In this document: positions 47,129 through 59,500 of the stretch, in pieces | How the letters are laid out: every line of letters begins with the position of its first letter | How positions within the stretch are numbered: the first letter of the stretch is position 1 | From: Monocercomonoides exilis PA203 | Lineage: Eukaryota > Protista > Preaxostyla | Direction: 5' to 3' | NCBI GenBank assembly: GCA_001643675.2 | Contig: LSRY02000016.1 | Location: 930,001-994,000 of the forward strand | Length of the DNA stretch: 64,000 nucleotides | Position numbers and translations under genes: made by a program | The notes under the pieces: model-generated | What the model saw: only the letters and a program-made list of their open reading frames with translations | Databases searched by the model: none | Told to the model about the DNA's origin: nothing

Positions 47129-47677
47129 ATGATTTCAAAGGACTATACAGCACCTCCTTTAGAAACAAATCCTGTTGTGTTTTTTGACATAGAAATTGGA
47201 GGGCATTCTGCAGGAAGAATCAAGATGGAGTTGTTTGCTGATGTGTGCCCTCGAACGGCAGAGAATTTTCGACAGTTTTGCACTGGAGAAGCAAAACGTG
47301 GGATATTACCCATTGGGTATAAGAATTCCATTTTTCACAGAATTATTCGTAATTTTATAATCCAAGGAGGAGATTTTGTTCGGGGAGATGGTTCTGGTTC
47401 AACAAGTATTTATGGAGAAACATTTCCAGATGAAAATTTTCTCCTAAAGCACAGTGCGCCTGGCCTTTTGTCAATGGCAAATAGTGGACCAAATACAAAT
47501 GGATGTCAATTTTTTATAACATGCGCACCTACTCCAAATCTTGATGGAAAACATGTTGTTTTTGGACGTGTTATTGATGGAATGAGCGTTGTTCGCTTGA
47601 TCGAGCAAGCATCTGTCACTCCTCAAACAAAAAGGCCACTTCATCCAATTATCATAAAGGAATGTGGTCAAATGTGA
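47129..47677 (+). CDS. PPIH: Cyclophilin H-type peptidyl-prolyl isomerase (U4/U6 snRNP-associated), 182 aa
   Basis: [12 protein letters not shown]...[21 protein letters not shown]...[26 protein letters not shown]...[27 protein letters not shown]...DGKHVVFG...ECGQM. RQFCTGE, PIGYK and NGCQFF are CypH-type signatures. Confidence 0.93.
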   Translation: MISKDYTAPPLETNPVVFFDIEIGGHSAGRIKMELFADVCPRTAENFRQFCTGEAKRGILPIGYKNSIFHRIIRNFIIQGGDFVRGDGSGSTSIYGETFPDENFLLKHSAPGLLSMANSGPNTNGCQFFITCAPTPNLDGKHVVFGRVIDGMSVVRLIEQASVTPQTKRPLHPIIIKECGQM

Positions 47678-47997
47678 AGAATTATCTTCTAATTATTGAA
47701 CAAAATAATCCCTTCAAATCATATATTCACTTCAATCCATTTCATTTCACAAAGTTTTCATATCATTCATCATTTATGTTTTATATAAAGCGATGTTTTG
47801 AAAAATACTTTGCTTGTTAAAGAGATGATAGTTTTTCTGTGTAAATGTTTAATTTTTTCATCAAAAAGTAATTTCTTCACAAACAAGAAATAATTGAATT
47901 TGCAGAATCTTGAACGAAAAAATGCTTTATTTTTGTTTATCTGCTTAAATAAAACTTGATGAGATTCTAAAAGAATAATTTTTCCAAAATGTTAAAA

Positions 47998-48211
47998 ATA
48001 TGGCTGATCCTTTTTGAAATCAAACTTTTGTTCGAGTTTTGATAAAAATTTTTATCTCAATGGGACTTGTATAAAAATTTGTTTTTCCAATCGCAATATC
48101 ATACACAATAAGTGTTCACTATTTCAACTCATTTTTTCAAAAATCCCATTGAGATGAATATTTTGATCAAAACTCGAACGAAAGAATGATTTCTAAAAGG
48201 ATCAGTCATAT
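47998..48211. mobile_element. ~214-bp MITE-like hairpin element with ~80-bp imperfect inverted arms
   Basis: ATATGGCTGATCCTTTTTGAAATCAAACTTTTGTTCGAGTTTTGATAAAAATTTTTATCTCAATGGGA pairs with TCCCATTGAGATGAATATTTTGATCAAAACTCGAACGAAAGAATGATTTCTAAAAGGATCAGTCATAT. Confidence 0.75.
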
Positions 48212-48375
48212 CTTCTTTACAGACAATAAAATTATCAGAATTAATTCAAACTTTCTTTGAAATCATATCTAAAAATCTTTGGCAAGACCGCATTATATGG
48301 GAATAGCGTATTTTCAGTGATATTAATATATGAGGATTACATTTATTATTTATCATGATTTCATACATCAGAGAT

Positions 48376-49637
48376 GTGCGGAAGTTGACAAAAAAGTCAA
48401 AAACTGAAAATTAAAAAATTGAGGGAAAAATTGGTGAATGAATTTTATTAAATCAGAATTTTAAAAAAAAAAATTAATCAACTTCCATCATGTCAAATTC
48501 TGATGCACTTGCACGGTCCCCAGCTCCAAGTGAATGTGATTCTTCAAATTCAGTCATTTAAAGAATGTCATTTTCATCTTAGATGTCAGATTCTTGCAAT
48601 GATTCTGTCGAGTCACATTCTACACTTTTTGATTCATCCAATTCATTTTCTTTTTCAATTAAATCAAACACGATTTCCTTTATTAATTCCTCAAATTGAA
48701 TTTGCAAATTTCTTCTGACCAGTCACATAGATAAATAGTCCCCAAGATACTTTTTTCTGCATCCTGTTCTTGGAAAAAACTTCCGTAAATTCATCCGCAA
48801 ACCTTCGATAGTGTTTGAACAGGCATGTGCAATTTTGTTTTTGAATTCTCGCTTGCGACAGACAGTATCATAAGCGTAACCATAATCTTTCAATCTGGCA
48901 TAAGCCTTCCATTCATCGCTCATTATTCGAGTTCCAGGAAGAATTCTGTCTCGTATTATTGGAACCAATGTCTCAGCCTTCCAATTTGGCACAATCATCA
49001 CAAAGTTATTTCCCGCATCTCCCTCTGGTTTCCTTTCCACAGCTCCAAATATCCAAATTTGCATCTTCTTTTTCCCTCACCCAAACTTTCTGCACCTCCA
49101 AACCGCTTCGTGGATCTCCACAATTCTTCCCAACCCTCCAATGCTAGCTTGATTTTTGTTCCATATTGATGTGCATCTGACTCGAATTACACTCGTCCAA
49201 TAATGAACTGGGTTTTCACTTATTCCAAGCAGTTCACAAATGTGTGCGGCTGATATACCAATGAAATAATATAAAACAATAATAAAAAACTTATTCAGAG
49301 GTATTTTGGAATCTTCCAAAGATGTGTTTTTGAAAACTGACTGTTGTTTGCCACATTTTTCACATCTCCAATACTTGTAATATTGGCCTCCAAATGTGAA
49401 TATCATTTTGCATTTATCATGTCTGCATTCTGGAGCTTCTCCTTCCATCACATTTTCGAAATACCATTTCCAAGCACCCATTTCATCAAAAAATATATCG
49501 TTGAGTTCACAAAAAGGTGTTTTTGTGAACATTCTGTGTGACAAAGACATTTGATGAATGTTTGATCAAACCCATAAATACTTGAAAATGACCTTTTTTC
49601 AAAAAATAAAAATTATATTTTTGACCACTATCCGCAC
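48376..49637 (-). mobile_element. Degenerate Merlin (IS1595/ISXO2-like) DNA transposon
   Basis: Transposase relic flanked by imperfect TIR cores GTGCGGAAGTTGACAAAAA (48376) and TTTTTGACCACTATCCGCAC (ending 49637). No clear TSD. Confidence 0.75.
48474..49550 (-). pseudogene. ISXO2-like DDE transposase pseudogene
   Basis: Zn-ribbon Cys motifs (PECRHDKC..WRCEKC), HTH, IGGLGRIVEIHE (expected VEIDE; first catalytic D->H), WIFGAVER, IMSDEWKAY, NTIEG. The two track ORFs are in one frame, separated by TGA (49077-49079). Further in-frame stops lie at 48723 and in the acidic tail, which ends at 48474. Confidence 0.88.
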
Positions 49638-50047
49638 GTTTTTTGGAGATTATTATTGGATTATAATTAATTATAAATCAAATAAAACTGAAATAAACTT
49701 ATTCCAGACGTTCCCATATCTTCAGGTCTTGCCAAATCTTTCTTTCTCATACAAAAAATAAAGGAAAAAAAAATAAAGAAAAAGATTGTGCCATATTTTT
49801 TCTCATGATCATTAGTTTATGTTGGTTGGATCAAAAAGAAACAAATTATTTGTCTTTCTGACTTTTCCAGCCGAGATCTTTGGCTTTGGAGAATATTCTA
49901 TATCTTTCAGTTTGTTTATAAAGGAAAGAAATTGTATTGAAATTGTAAGTGTTTAATTTTGCAAGATAATCAGGCATGTTTGTGTTTGTCAATTTTTCAT
50001 TTTATTCAAAGCTTTGCACCCATTGAAACTATTTTGTAATAAACAGA

Positions 50048-51487
50048 ATGGAATTGCGCACCGATGATAAGAATATTGGTGAGATACAAGAGTTCCCCAC
50101 AACAGAAAAGTTTTTGGGTTTGTGTATTTCAAATTGTCTTAAAGTTGCTCAACTTCACACTTTTTGTTGATGATTGAAGATATTTTTTCTGAGCTTGAAC
50201 AATGCGCTGAAAGTGTACAGAAGCAGAAAATCAAAGAAATGAACGAAGCGATGGAAGAGATGAGCGAAGAAGAATTCAATTCTGTTTTTTCAGAAGACCT
50301 ATTCAATAATATTAACAAAATGATTGATGAAGAGAAACTTTCGATGAGTAATGCAATTTTGTTGCTGAAGCATATTGGATATTTCAATGTGATGAAAAGA
50401 ATTTGGATTTATGGTTTTGAAGAATCCTGGTTGTGCAAAAGATTTAAGAAGATGATAATTGAAGAAGAAAAGAAAAAAGATAAAAAGAACGTAAATTTTG
50501 AAGTTGATCTTTGGGAATGCTATCTTTTGTTGAAAGGATGGTCTTCATCAAAAATGGCTTCAATAATTGTGCCTTGCCTTCTGAAAGTTGCATTGAAGAA
50601 AGAGGAAAACGAGGAGACTCAGAAAGAAGTGGAAGTGGCTTTCCTGACTTTAAGTTGCATTGATGATAGTAATGTATGAACATTTTTTTTTTGAAATAAT
50701 TGATTTTTTTCTTCTCTTTTTTTATAAGATATTGGATAAAGAACTGTATTTGAATGAGATCACAGAAAATATCAAATATCATCAAAAATGTCACAACCTC
50801 ACTCGACTTGCATATCAGTCTGTTTGGCAATTTTTGATGTACAGATTTATCAATGACAAAAGCTTGGAAGAAGTTATTGTGGATGAGCTGCATTTTGCGA
50901 GAGAGGCAATAAAAGAATTGGAAGAGCTGGCAAAATGCGAGAAGCAAAAGAAGAAGGAAAAGAAGTCAAAGGAAACAAAAATTGAGGGTACTTTTTTGAG
51001 ATGGACATTTTCATTGCACTTTTATGTTGGCAAGTGTCAATTACGTGACGAAGATCATGTTGAACTTGTTTATCGTCTTATACATCTGTATAAAGCGGAA
51101 ATAGAAAATGAAAGGGTAATATTTAATAGTATTTTTTTTGTTTTATGGGCAATGGGGAGAAATGAGTCAATTAACATTGATATTTTGCAGGAAGAAGGAG
51201 CTTTCGATCTGCCTGTGAAAGAAATTCAGCGACCAACAATGAAAAATGATGTAATGTTTCATTGTCTTTCATTCTTTTTTTTAATTTCAAAAAGATTGAA
51301 AGGAAAGAATAAAGACGAAAAGGAAGATGTGAAAAGAAAGACAATTAAAAGGGAAATATTTGAAAAGTTTGAAGAAGAAGGTTACGAAGATGCCATCATA
51401 AGCTTTTATCAATCATTCCATTTTCTTTACAGAGGAAATTTTCATGAACTATCGTTGAATATTTTCGATTATTTTGTGAATGCTTGA
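50048..51487 (+). CDS. Lineage-specific helical (ARM-like) E/K-rich protein of an expanded family, 3 exons, 440 aa
   Basis: join(50048..50117,50180..50673,50729..51487); introns of 62 nt (GTTTGT..GAAG) and 55 nt (GTATGA..TAAG) with compatible phases. Motifs FSELEQC..KQKIKEMNE, IVPCLLKVALKKEENEETQKEVEVA, KYHQKCHNLTRLAYQSVWQFL, EEEGYEDAI, DYFVN. Confidence 0.85.
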
Positions 51488-51736
51488 GGAAATGAAATAT
51501 ATTGAATTTTGTAACTCAAAAATCACTCTTTTCTTTTCTCATTTTTTCACTCTTATTTTTTTTTTTTGAAGAATTTTGTTGTGTTAGCTTAACAATAGTC
51601 AAAACGCTGTGAAATCTAATTTTCAATTTATTTATTTCTTTGATGTTCCTTCTTTCCCAAACTGTTTATTTCCAACAAAAATATTTATTTATTTGTTTAA
51701 TATTTTTCTTTCTTACTTTCTCTTTCTCTTTCTCAG

Positions 51737-54700
51737 CCCACCTTCACCTCGCGCAACCAGCCGCGGTTCAAGAACCCTCTGCGCATTGTCTGCCCAGATG
51801 CTCCCTTGAAGCAGCATGTGACACTTCCCGATGAAGAGCACGTGGCAGTCGTGGTGGGAGGCGATGGAGCAAGCGGGGTGAGCCACGTGAAGGTGGTGAA
51901 TGCAGTGACAGGGAAAGAGGTGAAAGTGTGGAAGAGGAAGAAGACGCCAGCTGAGAAGCTGAAGGACCAGGTGATTGCAGAGGGGAAAGCAGATGGGCTG
52001 TTTGACGATGCGATGGAGGAAGCAGCGAGGGACGAGCAAGTGAACAGGCCATTCCGAGCAATCGCTGCTGGGCCATCGTCGTCGATGACGATGGTGCCAT
52101 CTCCGCTGTCTGCCTCGTCATCGTCGCTGTCTTCGTCCCCGACTCCTTCTTCTTCTTCTTCGCCTTCTCTGACGCCTTCTCTCTCCACTCTGCGTTCGCA
52201 TTCCCGTTCCCATTCCCAATCCAAATCCAAATCTCATTCTCGCTCTCGTTCTCATTCCCATTCGCATTCACATTCGCATTCACATTCCCAATCCAATTCT
52301 CGCTCCCGCTCTCGATCTCCTTTGTCTATGTCTTTGTCGTCTTCTGCCCGCAATACAGCAAATGCTGCTTATTCTTCTTCTTCTATTTCTGCTGCCTCTT
52401 CCCTGTACAGATCCTCCCGCCACCCCCAAACCGCTTTTGAGCTGCGCCCAGACTTATCTCTGCAGAGTGCAGTGAAAAACGGGAAGAGAGACGACGAAGT
52501 GGAAGTTGACTTGGCTCAGCTGCAGCGCATTTGGAGGAAGTTGCACAGGCGCCGGATGCCAATCAGCGAGCTGGCGAAGTTTCTGTTCCCGAAAGTGGAA
52601 GGACCGCTGTGGAAACACTATCAGAACAATATCTACAGACACAAGTGGTTCACAGCGGATACGAGAACTGGGGTGTGTGTGTGTGCGTGTGTGTGTGACA
52701 TGAGCAAAATATCTTTGAGGAAAGAATGAAAGTGATTTTATTGCTTTTGAATTCTATTTATTATTATTATTATTAATATTCATTCTTATAAATGGTAATA
52801 TATCTGTGTTTATCAACTTTTCCTCATCTTTCCTTTGTTTTCTATTTATTCCCTTTCAAATAACACTTCTCACATTTATATGTCATTTCTTTTAACTTTA
52901 GCGCCTCACCATCGCCTTAGAACTCCCCGAGTGTTTCCGCTGCGCTTTCCCCATCTTCCCCCGTTCTGAAAGCGAATATCAATACTTTGATCACAACGAC
53001 GCTGCTGTTAATGCACCATCTTCATCTGATGAGCAAAATATCGCATCTTCAGCAGAGCATTCGAGTTCTGAGCTTCTTAATTCAAAAGGGGAAAGAAGAG
53101 AGAGAGAGAGAAAGGGAAAAGGAAAGGGAAAGGGAGGGTTGAAAGAGATGAAGGAAAGTGGAGGTAACTGCGATGATGATGGGATTGCAGAGGATGATCA
53201 AAAGAACAGGAACAGGAACAGAAATGTTGATGGAAGGGATAATTTAGGAGGGAAGAAATTGAGTGAAGAAGAAGAATGTGACAATGGCAATCAAGATGTT
53301 GATGGAGAAGAGGAAGAAGAAGAAGAAGAAGATGATGATGAAAAGGATGAAGATGATGATATTGAAGAAGATGATTGCGTTCTGATGAATTTGGGGGAAG
53401 AATGTTTGATGAACCTGTTTGAAACATGGAATCCGATGGAAGAGAAAGAAAAATGTGTGTTTTTTATTTTATTTTAATTGTCATCATCATCATTATTGCA
53501 ATTGGTTTTTTATTATTTTTAAAACATATTTCTTTGTTTTTTTGCACAATTCTTGTGAATTCTGATTGAATGATGAAACACTTGCTTATTCTGTTTCATG
53601 CCTTTGCCTATTGATCTTTCAGCGTTGCCTGTCTGGTGGAAGGAATTTGTGACTTCACATTCACGCCAAAGAAAATCAACTGAAAATGCTGAATTGTCAA
53701 ACACATCTCTGTCTCTATCGTTACAAAACTTTGTATGTCCTTTGCGTCTTTTTTTATTAATTCATTATCATTTTTTTTTTTTTTATGTTTATGCAAAAAT
53801 AATTCTTCTTCTCTCTTCCTAAAAATAAAAATAAAATACTGAAACTAAACATTTCACTAACCTAATTATTCTTTTTTTTTTTCCTCATCCCAATCACAAA
53901 CCACCAGATATTCCCACCCTCCACACTCATCAGCGCCTTCGACCACAAGAACCGCATCCTCTTCCGCTCCACCCTGCGAGAAATAGCAGACGTCCCATTT
54001 GCTCTCCCCTCCCCGTCCACCACAACCTCACACCGCTTTGCCTCGGTCATTCCTGACGATGACTTGTCCTCTTTCTCCTTCACCTGTGCTTCGCCTGCTG
54101 TTGGCTACTCCAACATCACCTTGAGCCACGCCCCTTTCCCTTACTGCAACCCAACGCTCATGGCTTCCCCGCCGGCCCAGCTGCTCACCCCGTTCTTCTC
54201 TTCTTCCTCGCTCCGGTACTCCTTTGCCCCTGCATCCGCACACAGCTCTTCGCAAGCTCTGATCCCGCCTTCCATCTTCTCATACACGTCTTCTTCTTCA
54301 TACGTTTCGCAAAGAAACCCGAACTTCCTGATCGACCATCTTCTTCTGCCGCTTCCCAGGCTCATTCCCCGCTGGATTGCGCTCAGCCTCCTCAAAGGCG
54401 AGCACCAGACGCAGCGGTTTCCTGTGTGTGTGGTTCTGAAGCACTCGCCGTCGGTGCCAGAGAAAGTGCGTGTGTGGACGAGAGAAAGAGAGCGGAAGGA
54501 GAACATGCTGGAGGCGATTCAGACAGAAGGTGAGTCTGTTTCCTCTGAAAATGGAGCTTCTTCTTCTTCTGCTGCTGCTGCTGGTTTCAATGGCGATGAC
54601 TCAGACTCTCAGCGCATTCAGATATCGACGTCGCTCATGTCCACCATTTCTCCTCTGGCGCATTCACATCTGCTTCCTTCAACCCCTTCACCTTCACCTT

Positions 54701-55284
54701 CTCTTTCTCCTTCTCCTTCTCTTTCTCCTTCTCCTTCTTCCACATCAGAGCAAGAATCAAGGCAAGAAGATTCCTCGTTTCTTCTAGGCGATTCTGAGTC
54801 GTGCTTTCCGGACATTGGCACCTTCACATTCACAGTTGATGAGCATCTTCTTGTGGCGACGCTGCATTCATTCCTGTTCCATCACTTTCTCCTGCTGAAT
54901 GAAGCACAGCCTGCTTTTGAGCAGAGCGCACAGGCGAATAAAGCGAACGATGGAAGAGCGGAGGGAGAAGGGGAAATGAGCTCGCAAAGGAAAAAACGAA
55001 ATGCATTTTTCTCGCCTTCCAGCACGATAAATTCAAAAAGCACTTCAATAACATCATCATCTTCATCTTCTTATTCTTCTTCTTATTCTCCGTTTTCTTA
55101 TTCCACCATCCCGGTGCCATTTCATAAGCATGTACACTCTCTCCCTTTTCCTTTGTCTCATGCCTCGCTGACGCTTTCTTGCAATGGCATTCCTTTGAAT
55201 CTGTCCCATCACATACAGCACGTGCTGTTTGCTGTGTGGAAAAAAGAACAGCCAGTTGTTATTAATTACCACAGTAACTTTTGA
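51737..55284 (+). CDS. WDR48: WDR48/UAF1-like protein, C-terminal half only (ancillary + SUMO-like/DUF3337 region), 5'-incomplete
   Basis: join(51737..52672,52902..53454,53623..53732,53908..55284), 992 codons, phases consistent. HKWFTADTRTG|RLTIALELPECF (cf. [23 protein letters not shown]); MNLGEECLMNLFETW (cf. LNLGGLLLQALLEYW); IFPPSTLISAFDHKNRILFR (cf. VPPHTPVIFGEAGGRTLFR); LSCNGIPLNLSHHIQHVLFAVWKKEQPVVINY (cf. [32 protein letters not shown]). Reference motifs are recalled, not searched. Confidence 0.75.
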
Positions 55285-56593
55285 TTATTTTTGTTTTTGT
55301 TAAAAAAAAAGGTTATTCCTTAATCCATGTGCCTTGTGATATTATTTATTCAAAAAAAATTTTTTTTTATTTTTTGTAATTTTGATTGATGTTTTTCAAA
55401 ATATTGAAACTATTTTTAAAATAGGAGAATTCACCATTTTTTTAAATATATATATATATATATACTTAAATTTTAATTGACATCATTATTCATATTACAC
55501 ACTCAACAGCAAATGCAGGCAAGAGAGGATTAAAAGACTTCTATGATTTAATTTCTTGAAAAGCTGAATATCAAACAAAAACTTTATTTATGTGTTATGA
55601 AAAAGTTTATTATTATTGAAACAAAAATATGCAAGCGCATATGAAATATCTTTTGTGAGAAATCGATAATTTTGAAGTTCATCTTTATTGAACAAACCCA
55701 TAAAATATTTTGATGTTTTCAATTTTGATTTTGTTTGCTTGATTGATAGTTTTGCAAAATTACTCGATGAATAATAGCAAGCCCTTAAATTTTTTCTTTG
55801 TTTAGCTATATGTTTTGGTATATAAGGCTTTTTGTCAGAGAAATATTTTAACAATAATTTCAAAAACCAAATTGAATGAATTACATTCAAAACAAAAATG
55901 AGTGCGCAAATGATTGTTATTAATATGACATCATAATCAGATTTTTTTCAGAATATTTATTGAAAAGCAGCTTTAATGGCATTTTTTAACAATTCATGTT
56001 GCATCCTTTAACCAGCAATATTTCATAAATAAAGAAGAAATATTTTTTCTTGAGATCTTGGTTTTAAGCGACGCCATCGAATCCGAGCTTCTCTGAATTG
56101 AAAATTGAACATATGCTTTGACAATAACAAATTATTATATTTGCTCGAAAAGGAAATATCCTGCGTTGAAGATTATAAAAGCACTGCTTTTCATATTCTT
56201 GTAAAGCAACAAAAGTTTGATAGAAATTTGATGAATTTTCAATATCTTTGAAAATAATATTTTATTCTTAAAAAATTTCTCGGAGAGCAGCACATATTCT
56301 ATTTATAACGCCACAGAGAAATGTTCCATGCTTTTGCTGGTGCGGGCTTTCAAGTCATAAGAATTATAAACAGAAAACGAACAAATAAACATGAAAAAAA
56401 GAAAAGTTCCATTTTTGCTTTGAAAATGGTGCAAAACGCCTCTTGCCACGCCCAACAAAAGCAGAAACACAACCATTCACCCCCCTATTAATGGCGCATA
56501 AGTACAGATTGCAAATGCAAATGTCATTACTGTTCCTGATAAATGCCCCAGATTCCATTTGCACTTTGCAATCCTTTTGCTGAAATGCAGTTC

Positions 56594-59500
56594 TCATAAA
56601 ATACTTCCAGAGCCGCTCCCTTCGGACTCTGCCCCAGAAGCCTTGCGCCGACTGCCGCTGCTGCTCGAATAAGCGTAGCCAATTGCATCAGACATCGTGA
56701 GCACAGCTGCGCCTGCAGGAAAGTGCTGGATGAACTCGCGCTTGAGGCCGACAAGTGTTGGCCTTGCTGGGGCATTGCTGTCCAGGCACGACAGAACGCA
56801 GCCAGAAAATGGGTTCTTTTCAGCAATTCCCATGATAGGTCGTTCTCCATTCACAATCTTCTGTCCTGCCACCTCTGCCTCGTACTCCCCAAATGGGATC
56901 TGGAGCGTAAGGCACTCCCACAACATCATCCCAATCGAGAAGGCAACCGACTCCTTTGTTGCTCCAAGCTTCTTGTTGATCAGCAGCTCTGGCGCCTTCC
57001 ACCTCATGCACTCTTTTCTGTTGTCATCCTCATCCTCAAAGGCGGATGAAGGAGGTGGTGATTTTGTGAATCTCTCGCTCTTCACAGAAACATCAGAGGA
57101 AGATGTGACCATGGTGGAGGCTGAAGAGATGGAGGAAGTGTCAGAGTCTGACGAGCAGTCGGAGTGGAGGGCAATGCAGATGACCATGTGCTCTGAGAAC
57201 AGCACAATGTGGGGACTGAGATTGGCCAAAGAGGAAAGCTCATTTTCCATTTCGTCAAAGGAGTGGAGCGCAAGATTGGCCACCCAGAACAGGATCTGGG
57301 CAACTGTCTGCTCCCTCTCCTTCAAACTCCCAATCGCCATCTCTTTCTTCTCATTCCTTCCATGAAGCAGCATGAACAGCGAATCCCTCAGATCCACAAT
57401 CAATTTCTCATGAGGGGATGAGCAGGCCATTGCATCCACCAAGTTCGACATTGATGAAGTGGTGGGACACAGATCCTCTCCTCGAACAAATGTTGAATCT
57501 GAATCAGTTGTGGATGTGGAAGAGATGGAAGGTGAAGGCGTTCTCTTTCTTGTATCTTTCTCTTCTTCCTCATCTTTCTCCAGTGCCCATTGAGGAATCT
57601 TGTCTGAATCTTTTCCAAGAATGTATTCAGTCGATCCGCTCTCAGAGAGAAGATGCTCCGATGATTCTGAATGTTGCATATTCGTCTCATATATTCTCTT
57701 CTTGATCCTCTCCTCATTCTTTTTCTCGGCCTCTCTTTCTGCTCTCCTCCACTGCTCCTCAGGCGACATCTCCATCGTCACCATCTCAAACGCCTTTGGA
57801 TCCTTTCTGATGTTATCGTTCACAATCTCTCTCAGATCTTCTGCTTCATTCTTCACCTTCTTCCACCGAACAGCCAGAATAACAACAATTGCAAGCAGAA
57901 GCACAACAAATACAACACACACAATCACAATAATTGGCCAAAATGATTTTTCTTTCTTTCCACCTTCAACAATCTTTTCATCTCCACTTGTTTGGGTTAC
58001 ACTCCTGTTCTTCAGAATGAATGATTTTGTCGAAGCTGAAGATTTTCCAAACTCAATTGCTGTGGAGAGTTCTGACCCATCGGCATCTGATGTTAACTTT
58101 GCTGACGGAATTGTTCCAACAACTTCTGTTTCAGAAACAAAGCTATTTTCGTCAAATGGATACCTCTCAACCAACTCCACATCGTTGATTGTGCATATCA
58201 ACTTGAAAGATAGATCGCATGGCAAGAAAAGCGATCCTATGAATTTGATATTGGCCTCGCTCCCAGATTCAGCCAGACTTGCTGATTCCAGATGAGGAAT
58301 GAAAAACGGAGAGGGTCGCCCCTGTGCAGCACCCTTCAAGCTGCAGTCTTCGCTCGTGATCCACAACGAAGTGTTGTCCTTCACGCCATCCCCGCCTTTC
58401 AAGCTGTCAATTGCCAACGAAGCCGAATCGCAGCAGAAGACGTTCCGGCGGAGTGATGGGTATTTCGGCATCGAGGGGCTGTTGTCATAAAACTCGCCTT
58501 TCTCGATTGTCATGCTGCCCGCTGCCAACGACAATCCTCCTGATGACGAATTCGATATTGTCACATCCTTCATCAGTGCTGCTGCATGTGACAAATTGAT
58601 GAGCGATCCATTCCATTTGCAGACACTCTCTTCGCTGCTGGAAATTGTTTGCCTCCCCACAAGCTCGCACATTTGCATAGAAATGACAAGTGCACTGCTG
58701 ACATCCACAATGCTCCCTTTTTTCGACAACGACACACAATCCGAGCACGAGCAGTTTGACAGGTTTATCCGGGCAGAAGGCGAAGATGCCGAAAGGAAGC
58801 ATGCACCAAAAGAGTCACGACTGAAGTTTCTGATGGAAGAACTGCCAAAGGAAACAACTCCCGACATATCTTCGCAAATGGAAATGACACTGCCATTGCG
58901 AGACTTCACTCCATCCACCGCTGCATCATCAATCACCACACTTACACACTCTCCAACTTCAAACAGATTGGACGACAACTCAACCTGCTTCACATCCACC
59001 TTTGCCAAAGACACCTTGCTGCTGCCAGTCAGCCGGAACACTGGCTGCTCAAATGAAATTTCCAATACGGTGCAATTATCGATGAGCAGAAGTCCGCTTT
59101 CAACGCTCAGGAGAGCTGAGTTGAAGGCAATGGGATGGATGCTGTTTGAGGGCACTTCAGATGCAAAAAGGACTGACGAAAGATAAAGCTGCCCATTTGT
59201 CTCACTGATGAGTGATCCTCCTGAAAACGAAAAGGAGGAGCCAACAGAGAACGACAAGCTCTCGATCCGGACTTTCTCTGAGGTTGTGATAATGCTGCTG
59301 CCACATGGGATTGTTGAGTTGAGGAACACCTGCGCCGGCGAAGGCGATTCAAGCGAGCGGATGGTGACATTCAGCACATTGCATCTGCTCAAGATGGCGG
59401 TGCGGCTGGAGATCAGCAGCTGGGAGAACAATGACGGAATGACGTGCAGCAGCCCTTCGCTCAGCGTGCTGCATGGCCCATCCAGCCCTCCGCACTGCTT

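Noticed and set aside
48474-49550. Stop-codon recoding (TGA readthrough or TAR=Gln, known in some oxymonads) rescuing the transposase
   Set aside because: Multi-kb ORFs here contain no in-frame TAA/TAG/TGA, so the code is standard; the transposase also has a mutated catalytic Asp and mixed stop types.
51476-51737. Splice fusion of the 50048 gene (GTGAAT, phase 0) to the WDR48 half
   Set aside because: Phase-compatible, but the upstream gene has a natural-looking end (DYFVNA-stop); unsupported without transcripts.
52673-52697. (GT)n microsatellite as a coding extension (VCVCACVC)
   Set aside because: It is the 5' end of an intron; WDR48 similarity resumes at 52902.
55300-56590. AT-rich interval with short ORFs (55588-55890, 56364-56597)
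   Set aside because: No recognisable domain, splice pattern or repeat structure; treated as intergenic/3' UTR.
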